The position numbers and the translations under genes were made by a program. Of a stretch of 64,000 nt of DNA, positions 46,499-55,701 are shown piece by piece. The notes under the pieces are model-generated. The model made no database searches, was not told where the DNA came from, and saw only the letters and a list, made by a program, of their open reading frames with translations. The stretch's first letter is position 1, and each line of letters begins with the position of its first letter. The DNA is from an uncultured delta proteobacterium (lineage in GTDB: Bacteria; Desulfobacterota; Binatia; UBA9968): NCBI GenBank assembly GCA_963728565.1, contig CAVSLC010000025.1, positions 28,413 to 92,412 on the forward strand. Direction: 5' to 3'.

Positions 46499-48022
46499 AT
46501 GCGCTACGGATTTGTCATCGATCAGAACCGTTGCATCGGTTGTCATGCCTGCACGGTGGCATGCAAGGAAGAACACAATATTGCCGTCGGAGTGAACCGG
46601 ACTTGGGTGAAGTACGTCGAAAAAGGGGTTTATCCAGAAACACGGCGCCACTTTGCCGTGCTTCGGTGCAACCACTGCGACGACGCGCCCTGCATCGAGA
46701 TCTGCCCAACCGTGGCACTTTTTCGCCGACCCGACGGCATTGTCGACTTCGACCACGAGCGCTGCATTGGCTGTAAATCCTGCATGCAAGCCTGCCCCTA
46801 CGACGCGCTTTATATCGATCCGGATCGTAACACGGCGGCTAAGTGTAACTTCGACGCATCCCGAGTCGAGATGGGCTATAAGCCTGCTTGCGAAGTGGTG
46901 TGTCCGACGCAAGCGATCCTGTCGGGAGATCTCGACGATCCCCAGAGCGATATCAGCCGGCGCATCGCCATGGACAAAGTCACGGTTCGCAAGCCGGAGA
47001 AAGGGACGAAACCAAAACTCTTCTACGCCGGCGTTGAGGGCGATTTGCTTACCCCGTCGATGATGGAACCTCAGTCGAGCCATTTCTGGGCCGAGAAGCA
47101 GCCTGGCGAAGACCTTTATGCATTGGGCAGTGGCAGAGCCGACAGGCCGATCCCGGGCGGCGCCCGCGAGGTCTACGATGTGCCGCATATGATTCCCTGG
47201 GGGAAAAAAATCGCGACCTACCTTTGGACCAAATCCATCGCCGCGGGTGTGCTGCTGCTCTCGACGTTGTTTTTGAACATGGGCTTCCAACATGACGAGT
47301 TGGTTCTGAACTTCTTCAGCCCGATCATTTCGTTGATTTTTCTTACAGCGACGATGTTACTGCTGGTCTTCGATCTCAAGAAACCGTCGCGATTTTTTTT
47401 CTTGCTGACTAAACCCAATTTGAACTCCTGGTTAACATTAGGCGGCTATGTCCTGATGATTTTCGGGGCTTTGGCAGCGTTATGGCTGGGGCAAAGAGTT
47501 CTTACCGGCACTGTCTCCAACGTCGTCACCTGGGCGGCGGCGCTATTTGCGATCGCCTCAGCGGGGTATTCGGCATTTCTCTTCGCTCAGGCTCGGGGAA
47601 GAGATTTCTGGCAAAGTCCGCTGCTGTTTTGGCATCTGCTGGCGCAGGCGATCATAGCCGGCGCGGCGATGCTTACTCTGGTGGGCGTTTTTACCGGAGT
47701 CACCGTGCCAATGTTTTACTGGCTGGCTAATTTGCTCGTGATCTCGCTGCTCGTCAGCGTCGGAATGATATTCGCCGAGCTGTTTTTGAAGCATGGCGCC
47801 GACGACGCAGTGCGAGCGGGCGAATTGTTGACCAAAGGAGCGCTGCGAAAATCATTTTGGATATTCGTTATCGGGCTCGGCACCATCCTGCCGGTGCTGT
47901 TGATCTTATTGCCCATAGGTTCGGTGTTCCCGAATGTGATCGCCGCAATTTTGGCGCTGTTTGGCTTGTGGATGTACGAGCATCTGTGGATCAAGGCGGG
48001 CCAGGCGCTACCCTTAAGCTAA
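46499..48022 (+). CDS. fusion of a four-cluster ferredoxin subunit (PsrB/TtrB/DmsB-like) with an 8-TM NrfD/PsrC-type quinol-interacting membrane subunit
   Basis: CIGCHACTVAC, CNHCDDAPCIEIC, CIGCKSCMQAC, KCNFD...PACEVVCP, then eight hydrophobic helices. No signal or Tat peptide. Confidence 0.85.
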   Translation: MRYGFVIDQNRCIGCHACTVACKEEHNIAVGVNRTWVKYVEKGVYPETRRHFAVLRCNHCDDAPCIEICPTVALFRRPDGIVDFDHERCIGCKSCMQACPYDALYIDPDRNTAAKCNFDASRVEMGYKPACEVVCPTQAILSGDLDDPQSDISRRIAMDKVTVRKPEKGTKPKLFYAGVEGDLLTPSMMEPQSSHFWAEKQPGEDLYALGSGRADRPIPGGAREVYDVPHMIPWGKKIATYLWTKSIAAGVLLLSTLFLNMGFQHDELVLNFFSPIISLIFLTATMLLLVFDLKKPSRFFFLLTKPNLNSWLTLGGYVLMIFGALAALWLGQRVLTGTVSNVVTWAAALFAIASAGYSAFLFAQARGRDFWQSPLLFWHLLAQAIIAGAAMLTLVGVFTGVTVPMFYWLANLLVISLLVSVGMIFAELFLKHGADDAVRAGELLTKGALRKSFWIFVIGLGTILPVLLILLPIGSVFPNVIAAILALFGLWMYEHLWIKAGQALPLS

Positions 48023-48034
48023 GAAGGATTTCAA

Positions 48035-50869
48035 ATGAATGACACTCGTACCCCACTTCATCCGGCTGCAGCCAACCTCGAACGCGTGAGCGGGGAGCTG
48101 GCGAATTTTCCCGCTGTCGAGAAATGGGACGATTGGGTGGAATACGACACCGCCCAATGGCCAAGAAAAGTAGAGAAACACTGCCGGATCATTCCGACCA
48201 TCTGTTTCAATTGCGAGGCGGCTTGCGGTCTGGTCGCGATCGTCGACAAAGACAGCCATCGTATTCGACGCTTCGAAGGCAATCCTGAACATCCCGGCAG
48301 CAGAGGACGCAACTGCGCCAAGGGTCCGGCAACTCTTAATCAAGTGACCGATCCGGAACGCATCAAGTATCCACTCAGGCGGGTTGGCAAACGAGGCGAA
48401 GGCAAATGGGAACGGGTCTCATGGGACGAAGTTCTCGATGATATTGCGACGCGCGTGCGCAAAGCGCTTCAAGAAGAGCGCCGCAACGAAATTATGTACC
48501 ACGTCGGCAGACCGGGTCACGAATTGCTCTACCATCAGAGGATCTTACATTCGTGGGGCATCGACGGCCATAACAGCCACACCAACGTCTGCTCAGCCGG
48601 CGCTCGCGCCGGCTATGCCTTGTGGTCGGGCATCGACCGGCCGTCGCCGGATCACGCCAATGCTCGCTTCATGCTGTTGCTCAGCTCTCATCTGGAAACC
48701 GGACATTATTTCAATCCGCACGCTCAGCGCATTATTGAAGGCAAGGAGCGTGGCGCCAAGATCTGTGTGGTCGATACACGCCTATCCAATACGGCGTCAA
48801 AAGCGGACTACTGGCTGTCATCGTGGCCGGGCAGCGAGGCGGCGATTCTTCTCGCGCTGTGCAATGTGCTCCTGCAGGAAGATCTCTTCGATCGTGACTT
48901 TGTCAGGAGGTGGGTCAACTGGGAGGAGTATTTGCGTCATGAACATCCCGACAAGCCCCAGACGTTCCTCTCCTTTGTCTCGGTCTTGAAGCAGCACTAC
49001 GCCGCTTACACGCCGGAGTTTGCCGCCAAAGAAGCCGGTGTCGATCCCCAAGTTCTCGTCGAAGTGGCCCATGAAATCGCTCGGGCGGGCTCGGCGTTTT
49101 CGTCGCACGTGTGGCGCAATGCCGCCGCCGGGAACCTTGGCGGTTGGCAGGTGGCGCGCGCGCTCCAGTTTCTGGTGGTGCTCGTCGGGGCTGTGGGAAC
49201 TCCGGGCGGCACGGCGCCAAATGCTAGCAATAAGTACATACCGGCGCCGCCGTTGATGCCGCCGCCGGCAAAAGTCTGGAACGAGCTGCTACTGCCGCCG
49301 GAGTATCCGCTGGCATTTTTCGAGATGAGTTTTCTTCTGCCCCACTTCATCAAAGAAGGTCGCGGCAAGCTGGCGATGTACTTCACCCGCGTCTACAATC
49401 CCGTGTGGACCAATCCCGACGGCATGAGCTGGATCGAAATGCTTACTGATGAAAGTAAAGTCGAACGTCATGCGTGTTTGACGCCAACGTGGAGCGAGAC
49501 CGCCTGGTTTGCCGATTACGTTCTGCCCATGGGCCATGCGTCCGAACGCCATGATTTGATGTCCCAGGAAACCCAGGCCGCGCGCTGGATTGGCTTTCGC
49601 CAACCGGTGCTGAGAGTCGCTTTGGAGAAAGAAGGTAAAAAATTCGATTTTACCTATCAGGCGCACGCCGAAGCTGGTCTCGGTGAGGTTTGGGAAGAAG
49701 ACGAATTTTGGATCGAACTCTCATGGCGGGTTGATCCCGACGGATCTCTCGGCATTCGAAAATATTTCGAGTCACCGTACGAGCCTGGCAAAAAGATGAC
49801 GGTGGACGATTACTATCGTTGGATTTTCGAGAACAGCGTTCCCGGCCTTCCGGCGGCCGCCGAACAACAGGGATTGACGCCGCTGGAGTACATGCGTAGG
49901 TTCGGCGCCTTCTTGATCGAGGACGACGTTTACAATGTTCATGAGACCGGGCTCAAGCCGCAAGACATGGAGGGAGCCACCGTCGATCCGGCCACAAGCA
50001 TCGTCGCCAAGAACGGCGTTGCTCTGGGCGTAGAAATCGATGGCAGAGCATGCGCCGGTTTCCCGACGCCATCGCGCAAATTGGAATTCTATTCAAAAAC
50101 ATTGAAAGATTGGAGCTGGCCGGAATACGCGATTCCGGGTTACATCAAAAGCCACGTTCACCCCGACAATATCGATTTCAATGCCGGTGAGATGTTGTTG
50201 TTGCCGACATTCCGTTTGCCGACCTTGATCCATACCCGTTCCGGTAACGCCAAATGGTTGTACGAAATTTCTCATCGCAACCCGATCTGGCTCAATTCCA
50301 AAGACGCGGAAGTTCTTGACGTGAAAACCGGTGATCTTCTTAAGATCAACACCGAAATTGGCTACTTTGTCGACAAAGTTTGGGTGACGGAAGGGATCAA
50401 GCCCGGCGTGATCGCGTGTTCTCATCATCTCGGGCGCTGGCGATTGCAGGAAAATTCCGGCGGCGAACGCTGGTCCACCGCGTTGGTCGACTTACAACAA
50501 ACAGAACCGGGCAAATGGTTGATGCGCCACGTTCACGGCGTGCAACCTTTCACAAGCGAGGATCCCGATTCGGAAAGAATTTTTTGGCAAGACGGCGGCG
50601 TGCATCAGAATCTGACGTTCCCGGTACAGCCGGACTTCATCAGCGGCCAGCACTGCTGGCATCAAAAGGTCCGCGTCACAAAACCTGGCGCCGGTGACAA
50701 GTACGGCGACGTTTTCGTTGACACCAACAAATCCCACGAAGTCTACAAAAAGTGGCTGCTGAAAACCCGCCCCGCACCGGGGCCGGACAATCTGCGCCGC
50801 CCTTTGTGGTTGCCGCGGTCCTATAAACCAGCGCCGGAAGCCTATTATTTAAAAAAGGATGAAGGATGA
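48035..50869 (+). CDS. molybdopterin (bis-MGD) oxidoreductase catalytic subunit, Psr/Ttr/Arr-like, without a Tat signal
   Basis: FS0 motif CFNCEAACG...NCAKG. Probable Mo-ligand region HTNVCSAG. 944 aa. No RR motif in the first 50 residues. Confidence 0.85.
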   Translation: MNDTRTPLHPAAANLERVSGELANFPAVEKWDDWVEYDTAQWPRKVEKHCRIIPTICFNCEAACGLVAIVDKDSHRIRRFEGNPEHPGSRGRNCAKGPATLNQVTDPERIKYPLRRVGKRGEGKWERVSWDEVLDDIATRVRKALQEERRNEIMYHVGRPGHELLYHQRILHSWGIDGHNSHTNVCSAGARAGYALWSGIDRPSPDHANARFMLLLSSHLETGHYFNPHAQRIIEGKERGAKICVVDTRLSNTASKADYWLSSWPGSEAAILLALCNVLLQEDLFDRDFVRRWVNWEEYLRHEHPDKPQTFLSFVSVLKQHYAAYTPEFAAKEAGVDPQVLVEVAHEIARAGSAFSSHVWRNAAAGNLGGWQVARALQFLVVLVGAVGTPGGTAPNASNKYIPAPPLMPPPAKVWNELLLPPEYPLAFFEMSFLLPHFIKEGRGKLAMYFTRVYNPVWTNPDGMSWIEMLTDESKVERHACLTPTWSETAWFADYVLPMGHASERHDLMSQETQAARWIGFRQPVLRVALEKEGKKFDFTYQAHAEAGLGEVWEEDEFWIELSWRVDPDGSLGIRKYFESPYEPGKKMTVDDYYRWIFENSVPGLPAAAEQQGLTPLEYMRRFGAFLIEDDVYNVHETGLKPQDMEGATVDPATSIVAKNGVALGVEIDGRACAGFPTPSRKLEFYSKTLKDWSWPEYAIPGYIKSHVHPDNIDFNAGEMLLLPTFRLPTLIHTRSGNAKWLYEISHRNPIWLNSKDAEVLDVKTGDLLKINTEIGYFVDKVWVTEGIKPGVIACSHHLGRWRLQENSGGERWSTALVDLQQTEPGKWLMRHVHGVQPFTSEDPDSERIFWQDGGVHQNLTFPVQPDFISGQHCWHQKVRVTKPGAGDKYGDVFVDTNKSHEVYKKWLLKTRPAPGPDNLRRPLWLPRSYKPAPEAYYLKKDEG

Positions 50870-50979
50870 ACACCGAAAAATTTCGCGACAAAGCGGGCAA
50901 AGATCACAAAGTCCGGCTGTGTCGATGGACACAGTTTCGCGTTCGGCTTACACGATTTCACGCTCTTGGGTTAATTTTT

Positions 50980-51007
50980 TTCGGTGGGTAATCTTCGGTG
51001 GGTAATC
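50980..51007. promoter_or_regulatory. perfect tandem direct repeat (TTCGGTGGGTAATC x2) just upstream of a -35/-10-like pair for the ABC operon
   Basis: Copies at 50980-50993 and 50994-51007, followed by TTGAAG (51010-51015) and TATATT (51031-51036). Confidence 0.45.
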
Positions 51008-51086
51008 TATTGAAGGTTGTACCATATTCATATATTTGTGAGCGCGCCTAAATCTCCGTTAAACGTGTCGAGAGGAAATAAGCAAA

Positions 51087-52175
51087 ATGAATGCGAACGT
51101 GGGTGCCATTGTGAGATTAAGCCTTCAGCGAATTCGTTGTGCTGGGGCATTAGCCGTGCTTCTTGTTGCTAGTATCGCGCCGCTGAATGCGGAAGGTCAG
51201 GAAAAGGATTGGAATGCAGTGATCGCTGCAGCCAAAAAGGAAGGCAAAGTGGTTGTTTACGGAACGAGCTCGTTCCGGGAAATTCTCGATAAAGCAAAAC
51301 CTATTTTTGAAGAGCGCTATGGAATCAAAGTCGAAGCTCTCACGGGTCGCGCCAGAGAAGTAGGAGAGCGGGTACAAACAGAAGTCCGGACCAAAAGGCA
51401 GAACGCCGACCTGCTTCAGGCGGGGGCTGACATCACACTACCCAATGTGTTCCGTGCCGATGCTCTGGATCGATGGGTGCCGCCGTCCCTAAAGGTCGAG
51501 CATCCGGATATCTTGAAGATGATCGGCGCGCCCAGTTAGTTTACGCCACATTACGTGAACTTAAGATCGATACTGATAAATCGGAACCGTGTCTCCGCCA
51601 AAGACGAGCCAAAGTCTTGGAAGGATCTTGCTAATCCTAAATGGAAGGGCGCAATCCTGATGGACGATCCGCGCTCCGCCGGCGCAGGTCACGCGCTATT
51701 TGTCGGCACACTGCTTCAGCCGGAACTCGGGGAAGATTTCCACCGCAAGCTCGCTCAAAACAAGCCGGTGTTTCTCGGCGCCGGAACCTATCAACAGATC
51801 GCTTCGCGCGTCGCCCAAGGCGAATTTGCCATCGGCTTTCCGGTGGATGCCGAAGCTGTAGTGGAGTATGCGGGTTCTCCAGTGAAATGGCTACCGCTGC
51901 CTGAAGGAGCCACGCACAGCATTATGGCCACTTCTTTGGTAAAGAATGCTCCCAGGCCAAACGCCGCAAAGTTGCTTCTGGAGTTCACGCTCTCGGAAGA
52001 GTTTCAGCGCATTGCCGCCGCGCAGAATGTTACTCCCGCCAGGACAGGCGTGAAAGCGGCCCGCGAGGAATGGTCAATTGAAAAGGTCCGATTGCTCCCT
52101 TTCGCGGGCACCGACTCTCGAGAAGAACGAGACAAATTGTATCGCTTGTCCGAAGCCATTTACGGCGTCCGCTAA
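51087..52175 (+). CDS. ABC transporter solute-binding protein interrupted by an in-frame TAG at 51537-51539 (ORFs 51087..51539 and 51555..52175 share one frame)
   Basis: Signal peptide. Collinear with the paralogue at 18679..19713 across the stop (...KMIGAPS*FTPHYVNLRSILINRN against ...LTAFRHTPVSILYNT). Confidence 0.75.
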
Positions 52176-52241
52176 ATCGGCATTCTCAGGACCGTGTGAT
52201 CAACAGAGTAGTTTTTTGAATTCTGTTGATGCCGGTACTTT

Positions 52242-53972
52242 TTGAAAAACTTCGTGATTCGCCTGAGAACCGTACTGGCTACCGGTCTATTGATCTTGGT
52301 TGCCTGTCTAGTCTTGCCGCCTTTTCTGATGTTGTTCGTCGGTAGCATCTGGGGGGCGCCTCCAGGGATGCCCGGCCGGCTTTCGCTCTCGGCCTATATC
52401 GATGCGTTCAGTTCGCCGTACACCTATAAAGTCATTGCCAATAGTTTCTTCCTGTCGTTTGTGAAGACCACCCTGGCCACCATTTGGGGAGTTGTTCTCG
52501 CATGGCTGGTTACTCGGACCGATGTTCCATTGCGCCGCACTATGGAGGTGCTCATACCGGTTCAGTTCTTTATCCCGGCGATCTTCAACGCTCTGGCTTA
52601 TCTCATGCTGCTCAATCCCCATAGCGGCATCGTCAATCAACTGTTCATGGGCGCGTTCGGTTTGGAATCGGCGCCTTTCAACCTCTATTCGTATACCGGG
52701 ATGATTTTTGTTATGGCGCTAGGGTCCACGGCGTTCATCTTCCTCCTAACTTACGGAGCGTTTCGAGCGTTAGACCCGGCCCTCGAGGAAAGCGCGCGTA
52801 CGTGCGGCGCAGGCACTTTGGAAACGCTCTTACGAGTGACGCTTCCGCTTGTCGCTCCGGCTATTGGCGGCGCTTTCATCTTGTCGTTCATTCAAGGCAT
52901 CGAGGCGTTTGAGGTGCCTGTCTTAATCGGCACACCCGCAGGAATCTATGTGTTCACGAATGAAATCTACCGCGCCATAACCTTTTTTGAGCCGGCGCGG
53001 TACGGCGTCGCAACGGCTCTCGGAATAACTATTGTGTTACTGACGTTCGCCATGGTCTATGTGCAATGGCGCATTCAAGGCGATCGCCAGTACTTCACCA
53101 TAACCGGAAAAGGCTACAATCCCAGGCTCGTGCGTCTAAAACACTGGAGATGGCCCGCTTTTATATTCGGAGCGCTGTATATCGTACTTGCGGTTGTTTT
53201 GCCTATCGGCCAACTTCTGCTTTCATCGCTCCAGTCGAACGTCGGCGTGCTCACGTTCGAGAGCTTCACGCTCAAACATTACTATCAAGCATTTCGAGAT
53301 GACATGGTTTTGCGAGCGCTCTATAACACTCTCATACTCGCGGTCCTTGCGGCTGTAGGCGGCGTCACCTTGTCCGTGCTTATCGCCTACGTGACGACTC
53401 GCCTGAATTTTTGGGGCAAACGATGGCTCGAACTGCTGAGCTGGCTACCGTGGACGCTTCCGGGGATCGTGCTGGCTACCGGTATGCTATGGGCATATCT
53501 CACGATTCCCGGACTGTGGATCTTCTATGGGTCGCTTTGGATTCTATTCATCGCATATATCATCAAAGGGCTACCGCTCGGCGTCCGTGCCCTCAGTGGC
53601 ACGATGGTGCAAGTTCACCAAGAACTTGAGGATTGCGCTCGGGTGCATGGCGCAAGTTGGCTGCGAACGCTTTGGTCTGTCGTACTGCGCTTGATCAGAC
53701 CCGGAATGCTCTCCGGCGCAATCTTCTTTGTCTTCATCGCTATCCGTGATCTTAGTACGCCGATTCTGCTGTACGGATATGGCACCGAGGTGCTCAGCAT
53801 CGTCTTGCTGCAATTTTGGGCGGAAAAACCGCCGCAGGTTGTCAGTGTGTTGGCGATTATCATGTTGGCTGTGTTAACGGGCTTTTCTGCTATTCAACGA
53901 GTTTTGTTGATCGAGAAAGAGCGCCCGGAGGCGATCGAGGGTAGAGTCCCTCCGGAAATCGGCCGGCTCTAA
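52242..53972 (+). CDS. ABC transporter permease, fused double-domain (FbpB/ThiP-like)
   Basis: 576 aa, about 12 TM segments in two repeated permease halves. TTG start. Confidence 0.85.
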   Translation: MKNFVIRLRTVLATGLLILVACLVLPPFLMLFVGSIWGAPPGMPGRLSLSAYIDAFSSPYTYKVIANSFFLSFVKTTLATIWGVVLAWLVTRTDVPLRRTMEVLIPVQFFIPAIFNALAYLMLLNPHSGIVNQLFMGAFGLESAPFNLYSYTGMIFVMALGSTAFIFLLTYGAFRALDPALEESARTCGAGTLETLLRVTLPLVAPAIGGAFILSFIQGIEAFEVPVLIGTPAGIYVFTNEIYRAITFFEPARYGVATALGITIVLLTFAMVYVQWRIQGDRQYFTITGKGYNPRLVRLKHWRWPAFIFGALYIVLAVVLPIGQLLLSSLQSNVGVLTFESFTLKHYYQAFRDDMVLRALYNTLILAVLAAVGGVTLSVLIAYVTTRLNFWGKRWLELLSWLPWTLPGIVLATGMLWAYLTIPGLWIFYGSLWILFIAYIIKGLPLGVRALSGTMVQVHQELEDCARVHGASWLRTLWSVVLRLIRPGMLSGAIFFVFIAIRDLSTPILLYGYGTEVLSIVLLQFWAEKPPQVVSVLAIIMLAVLTGFSAIQRVLLIEKERPEAIEGRVPPEIGRL

Positions 53973-53988
53973 AAAACTTTGTAAAGCT

Positions 53989-55098
53989 ATGGCGACGGTC
54001 AAAGTAAATAATCTACGAAAATCCTTCGGTAACGTTTGTGCCGTGGCGGGCATAAGCTTCGAAGTTGAGCAGGGCGAGTTCGTTACACTTCTGGGAGGAA
54101 GTGGATGCGGCAAGACGACCACGTTGCGGTTAATCGCGGGGCTGGAGGAGAACGATGAAGGAGAGATTGTTTTAGCTGACCAAATCGTAAGTAACCCCGC
54201 CGCGGGCAAATTTGTGCCACCGGAAAAACGCAAACTCGGGATGGTTTTCCAGTCCTACGCTATCTGGCCTCACATGTCGGTTTTTGAAAACATTGCATTT
54301 CCCTTAAAGGTTCGTCGGCTTCCCTCGGATCAAATCCGCAAACAAGTTGAAGAAGTTCTCACGATGGTCGGCTTACCGGAGCTTGGGCTTAGAATGGCCA
54401 GCCGGCTAAGCGGCGGCCAGCCGGAGCGAGTGGCATTGCGCATGTCGTTGGCGTGCAATCCTTCGATTCTTCTCATGGATGAGCCCCTTAGTAATCTTGA
54501 CGCCAAGCTCCGGGAACGAATGCGATTTGAACTTCGGGAAATGCAAACTCGCTTCGGTATCGCGACGCTTTACGTGACTCACGATCAAGCCGAGGCTATG
54601 GTGCTTTCGGATCGAATCATCGTCATGAACGAAGGACGCATCGAACAGGTCGGTACACCGTGGGACATATACGAACATCCGCAGTCGGAATTTGTCAGCG
54701 ATTTTATCGGCGTGGCCAATTTACTGGAGGCGGTCGTGGAAGAGTCGCAGGCTGAGGGTTGTCGACTGAAAGCGCTGGGGAACGGTCGGACAATCACCAT
54801 CGACCGACGGGTCGCCAATGCGACACAGGCATTGCTGCTGATTCGGCCTGAAAATGTTCAGCTGGGAACACTTCAAGAATTGCCTGCGGAAAATACCTGG
54901 CCGGCGAAGGTGGATTTGGCTGCCTATTTCGGTGACCACCGAGAATATGTTCTCCGCGATGGTGATTTGACAATCCGGGTCAAGACGGGGCCGAAGTTCG
55001 TTTTTCAGAGAGGAGATTCGATCTGCGCCCATTTCTCGCCGGAGAATATTGTGCTCGTGCCAAAACAAGGAAATCCACGGGCGAACGCGCAAATGTAA
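53989..55098 (+). CDS. ABC transporter ATP-binding protein with a TOBE-like C-terminal domain
   Basis: Walker A GGSGCGKTT, signature LSGGQ, Walker B LLMDEP. Confidence 0.9.
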   Translation: MATVKVNNLRKSFGNVCAVAGISFEVEQGEFVTLLGGSGCGKTTTLRLIAGLEENDEGEIVLADQIVSNPAAGKFVPPEKRKLGMVFQSYAIWPHMSVFENIAFPLKVRRLPSDQIRKQVEEVLTMVGLPELGLRMASRLSGGQPERVALRMSLACNPSILLMDEPLSNLDAKLRERMRFELREMQTRFGIATLYVTHDQAEAMVLSDRIIVMNEGRIEQVGTPWDIYEHPQSEFVSDFIGVANLLEAVVEESQAEGCRLKALGNGRTITIDRRVANATQALLLIRPENVQLGTLQELPAENTWPAKVDLAAYFGDHREYVLRDGDLTIRVKTGPKFVFQRGDSICAHFSPENIVLVPKQGNPRANAQM

Positions 55099-55163
55099 AA
55101 TTTGGATTAGCTTAGCTAACGAAATCAAAGGAAATTCTCAACTAACTTGATACAGGAGGAAGG

Positions 55164-55625
55164 ATGGAAATTGAAAAAAAGCTAAAAGAACTTGGTTTTG
55201 AGGTGCCGACACCACCCACGCCGGTGGCAAACTATATCGCGAGTGTACAGGTCGGCAATATCCTGTTTGTGGGCGGCAATACGGGCACCGTCAACGGAAA
55301 AAGGAAGTACACGGGTAAAGTCGGCGATGCCGTTACAGTCGAGCAGGCCTACGAGATGGCGCAATTCTGCGCCCTCAATCACCTGGCGTTTATCAAGGTC
55401 GCACTGGGCGATCTTGATCGCGTCGAGCGTATTGTTAAGGTCACCGGCTACGTAAACGTTGCTCCCGGATTCAAGGACATGCCTAAAGTCATCAACGGCG
55501 AGTCCGATCTATACGTTAAGCTGTGGGGTGAGCGCGGCCGGCATGCTCGAGCAGCCATCGGCGTGGCGTCTCTTGGCGGCGATGCTCCGGTGGAAACTGA
55601 GATGATCGTCCAAGTAAAAGATTAG
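55164..55625 (+). CDS. RidA/YjgF/UK114-family protein
   Basis: Family-typical length and pattern (VGNILFVGGNTG...AAIGVASLGGDAPVETEMIV). AGGAGGAAGG lies before the ATG. Confidence 0.75.
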   Translation: MEIEKKLKELGFEVPTPPTPVANYIASVQVGNILFVGGNTGTVNGKRKYTGKVGDAVTVEQAYEMAQFCALNHLAFIKVALGDLDRVERIVKVTGYVNVAPGFKDMPKVINGESDLYVKLWGERGRHARAAIGVASLGGDAPVETEMIVQVKD

Positions 55626-55701
55626 GCACGGCAAGACGCAAAAATGCCTTGATGAGGCGACGCTTTTCCCGCGGCATGTTCACGCGTTGGTTTCCGGAAA
55701 C

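Noticed and set aside
46496-47293. Long antisense ORF (265 aa) opposite the FeS-NrfD gene. Similar shadow ORFs occur at 60566-61081, 18760-19413, 35713-36354 and 34506-35171.
   Set aside because: They overlap genes with strong motif support on the other strand, and their translations are Arg/Gly/Ala/Pro-rich, typical of GC-rich antisense frames. They were treated as artefacts.
50858-50870. The 13-mer GATGAAGGATGAA at the 3' end of the Mo-subunit gene also occurs at 46325-46337, upstream of the operon. This could suggest cassette-bounding repeats.
   Set aside because: The downstream copy is simply the last codons (KKDEG-stop). Exact 13-mer coincidences are expected many times over in all-against-all comparisons of a 64-kb window. 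No longer flanking similarity was seen.
51537-51539. TAG decoded as pyrrolysine, or programmed readthrough, in the solute-binding protein.
   Set aside because: No pyl genes or PYLIS-like context are visible in the window. The paralogue has an ordinary residue in this region. A nonsense mutation or base-call error is more likely.
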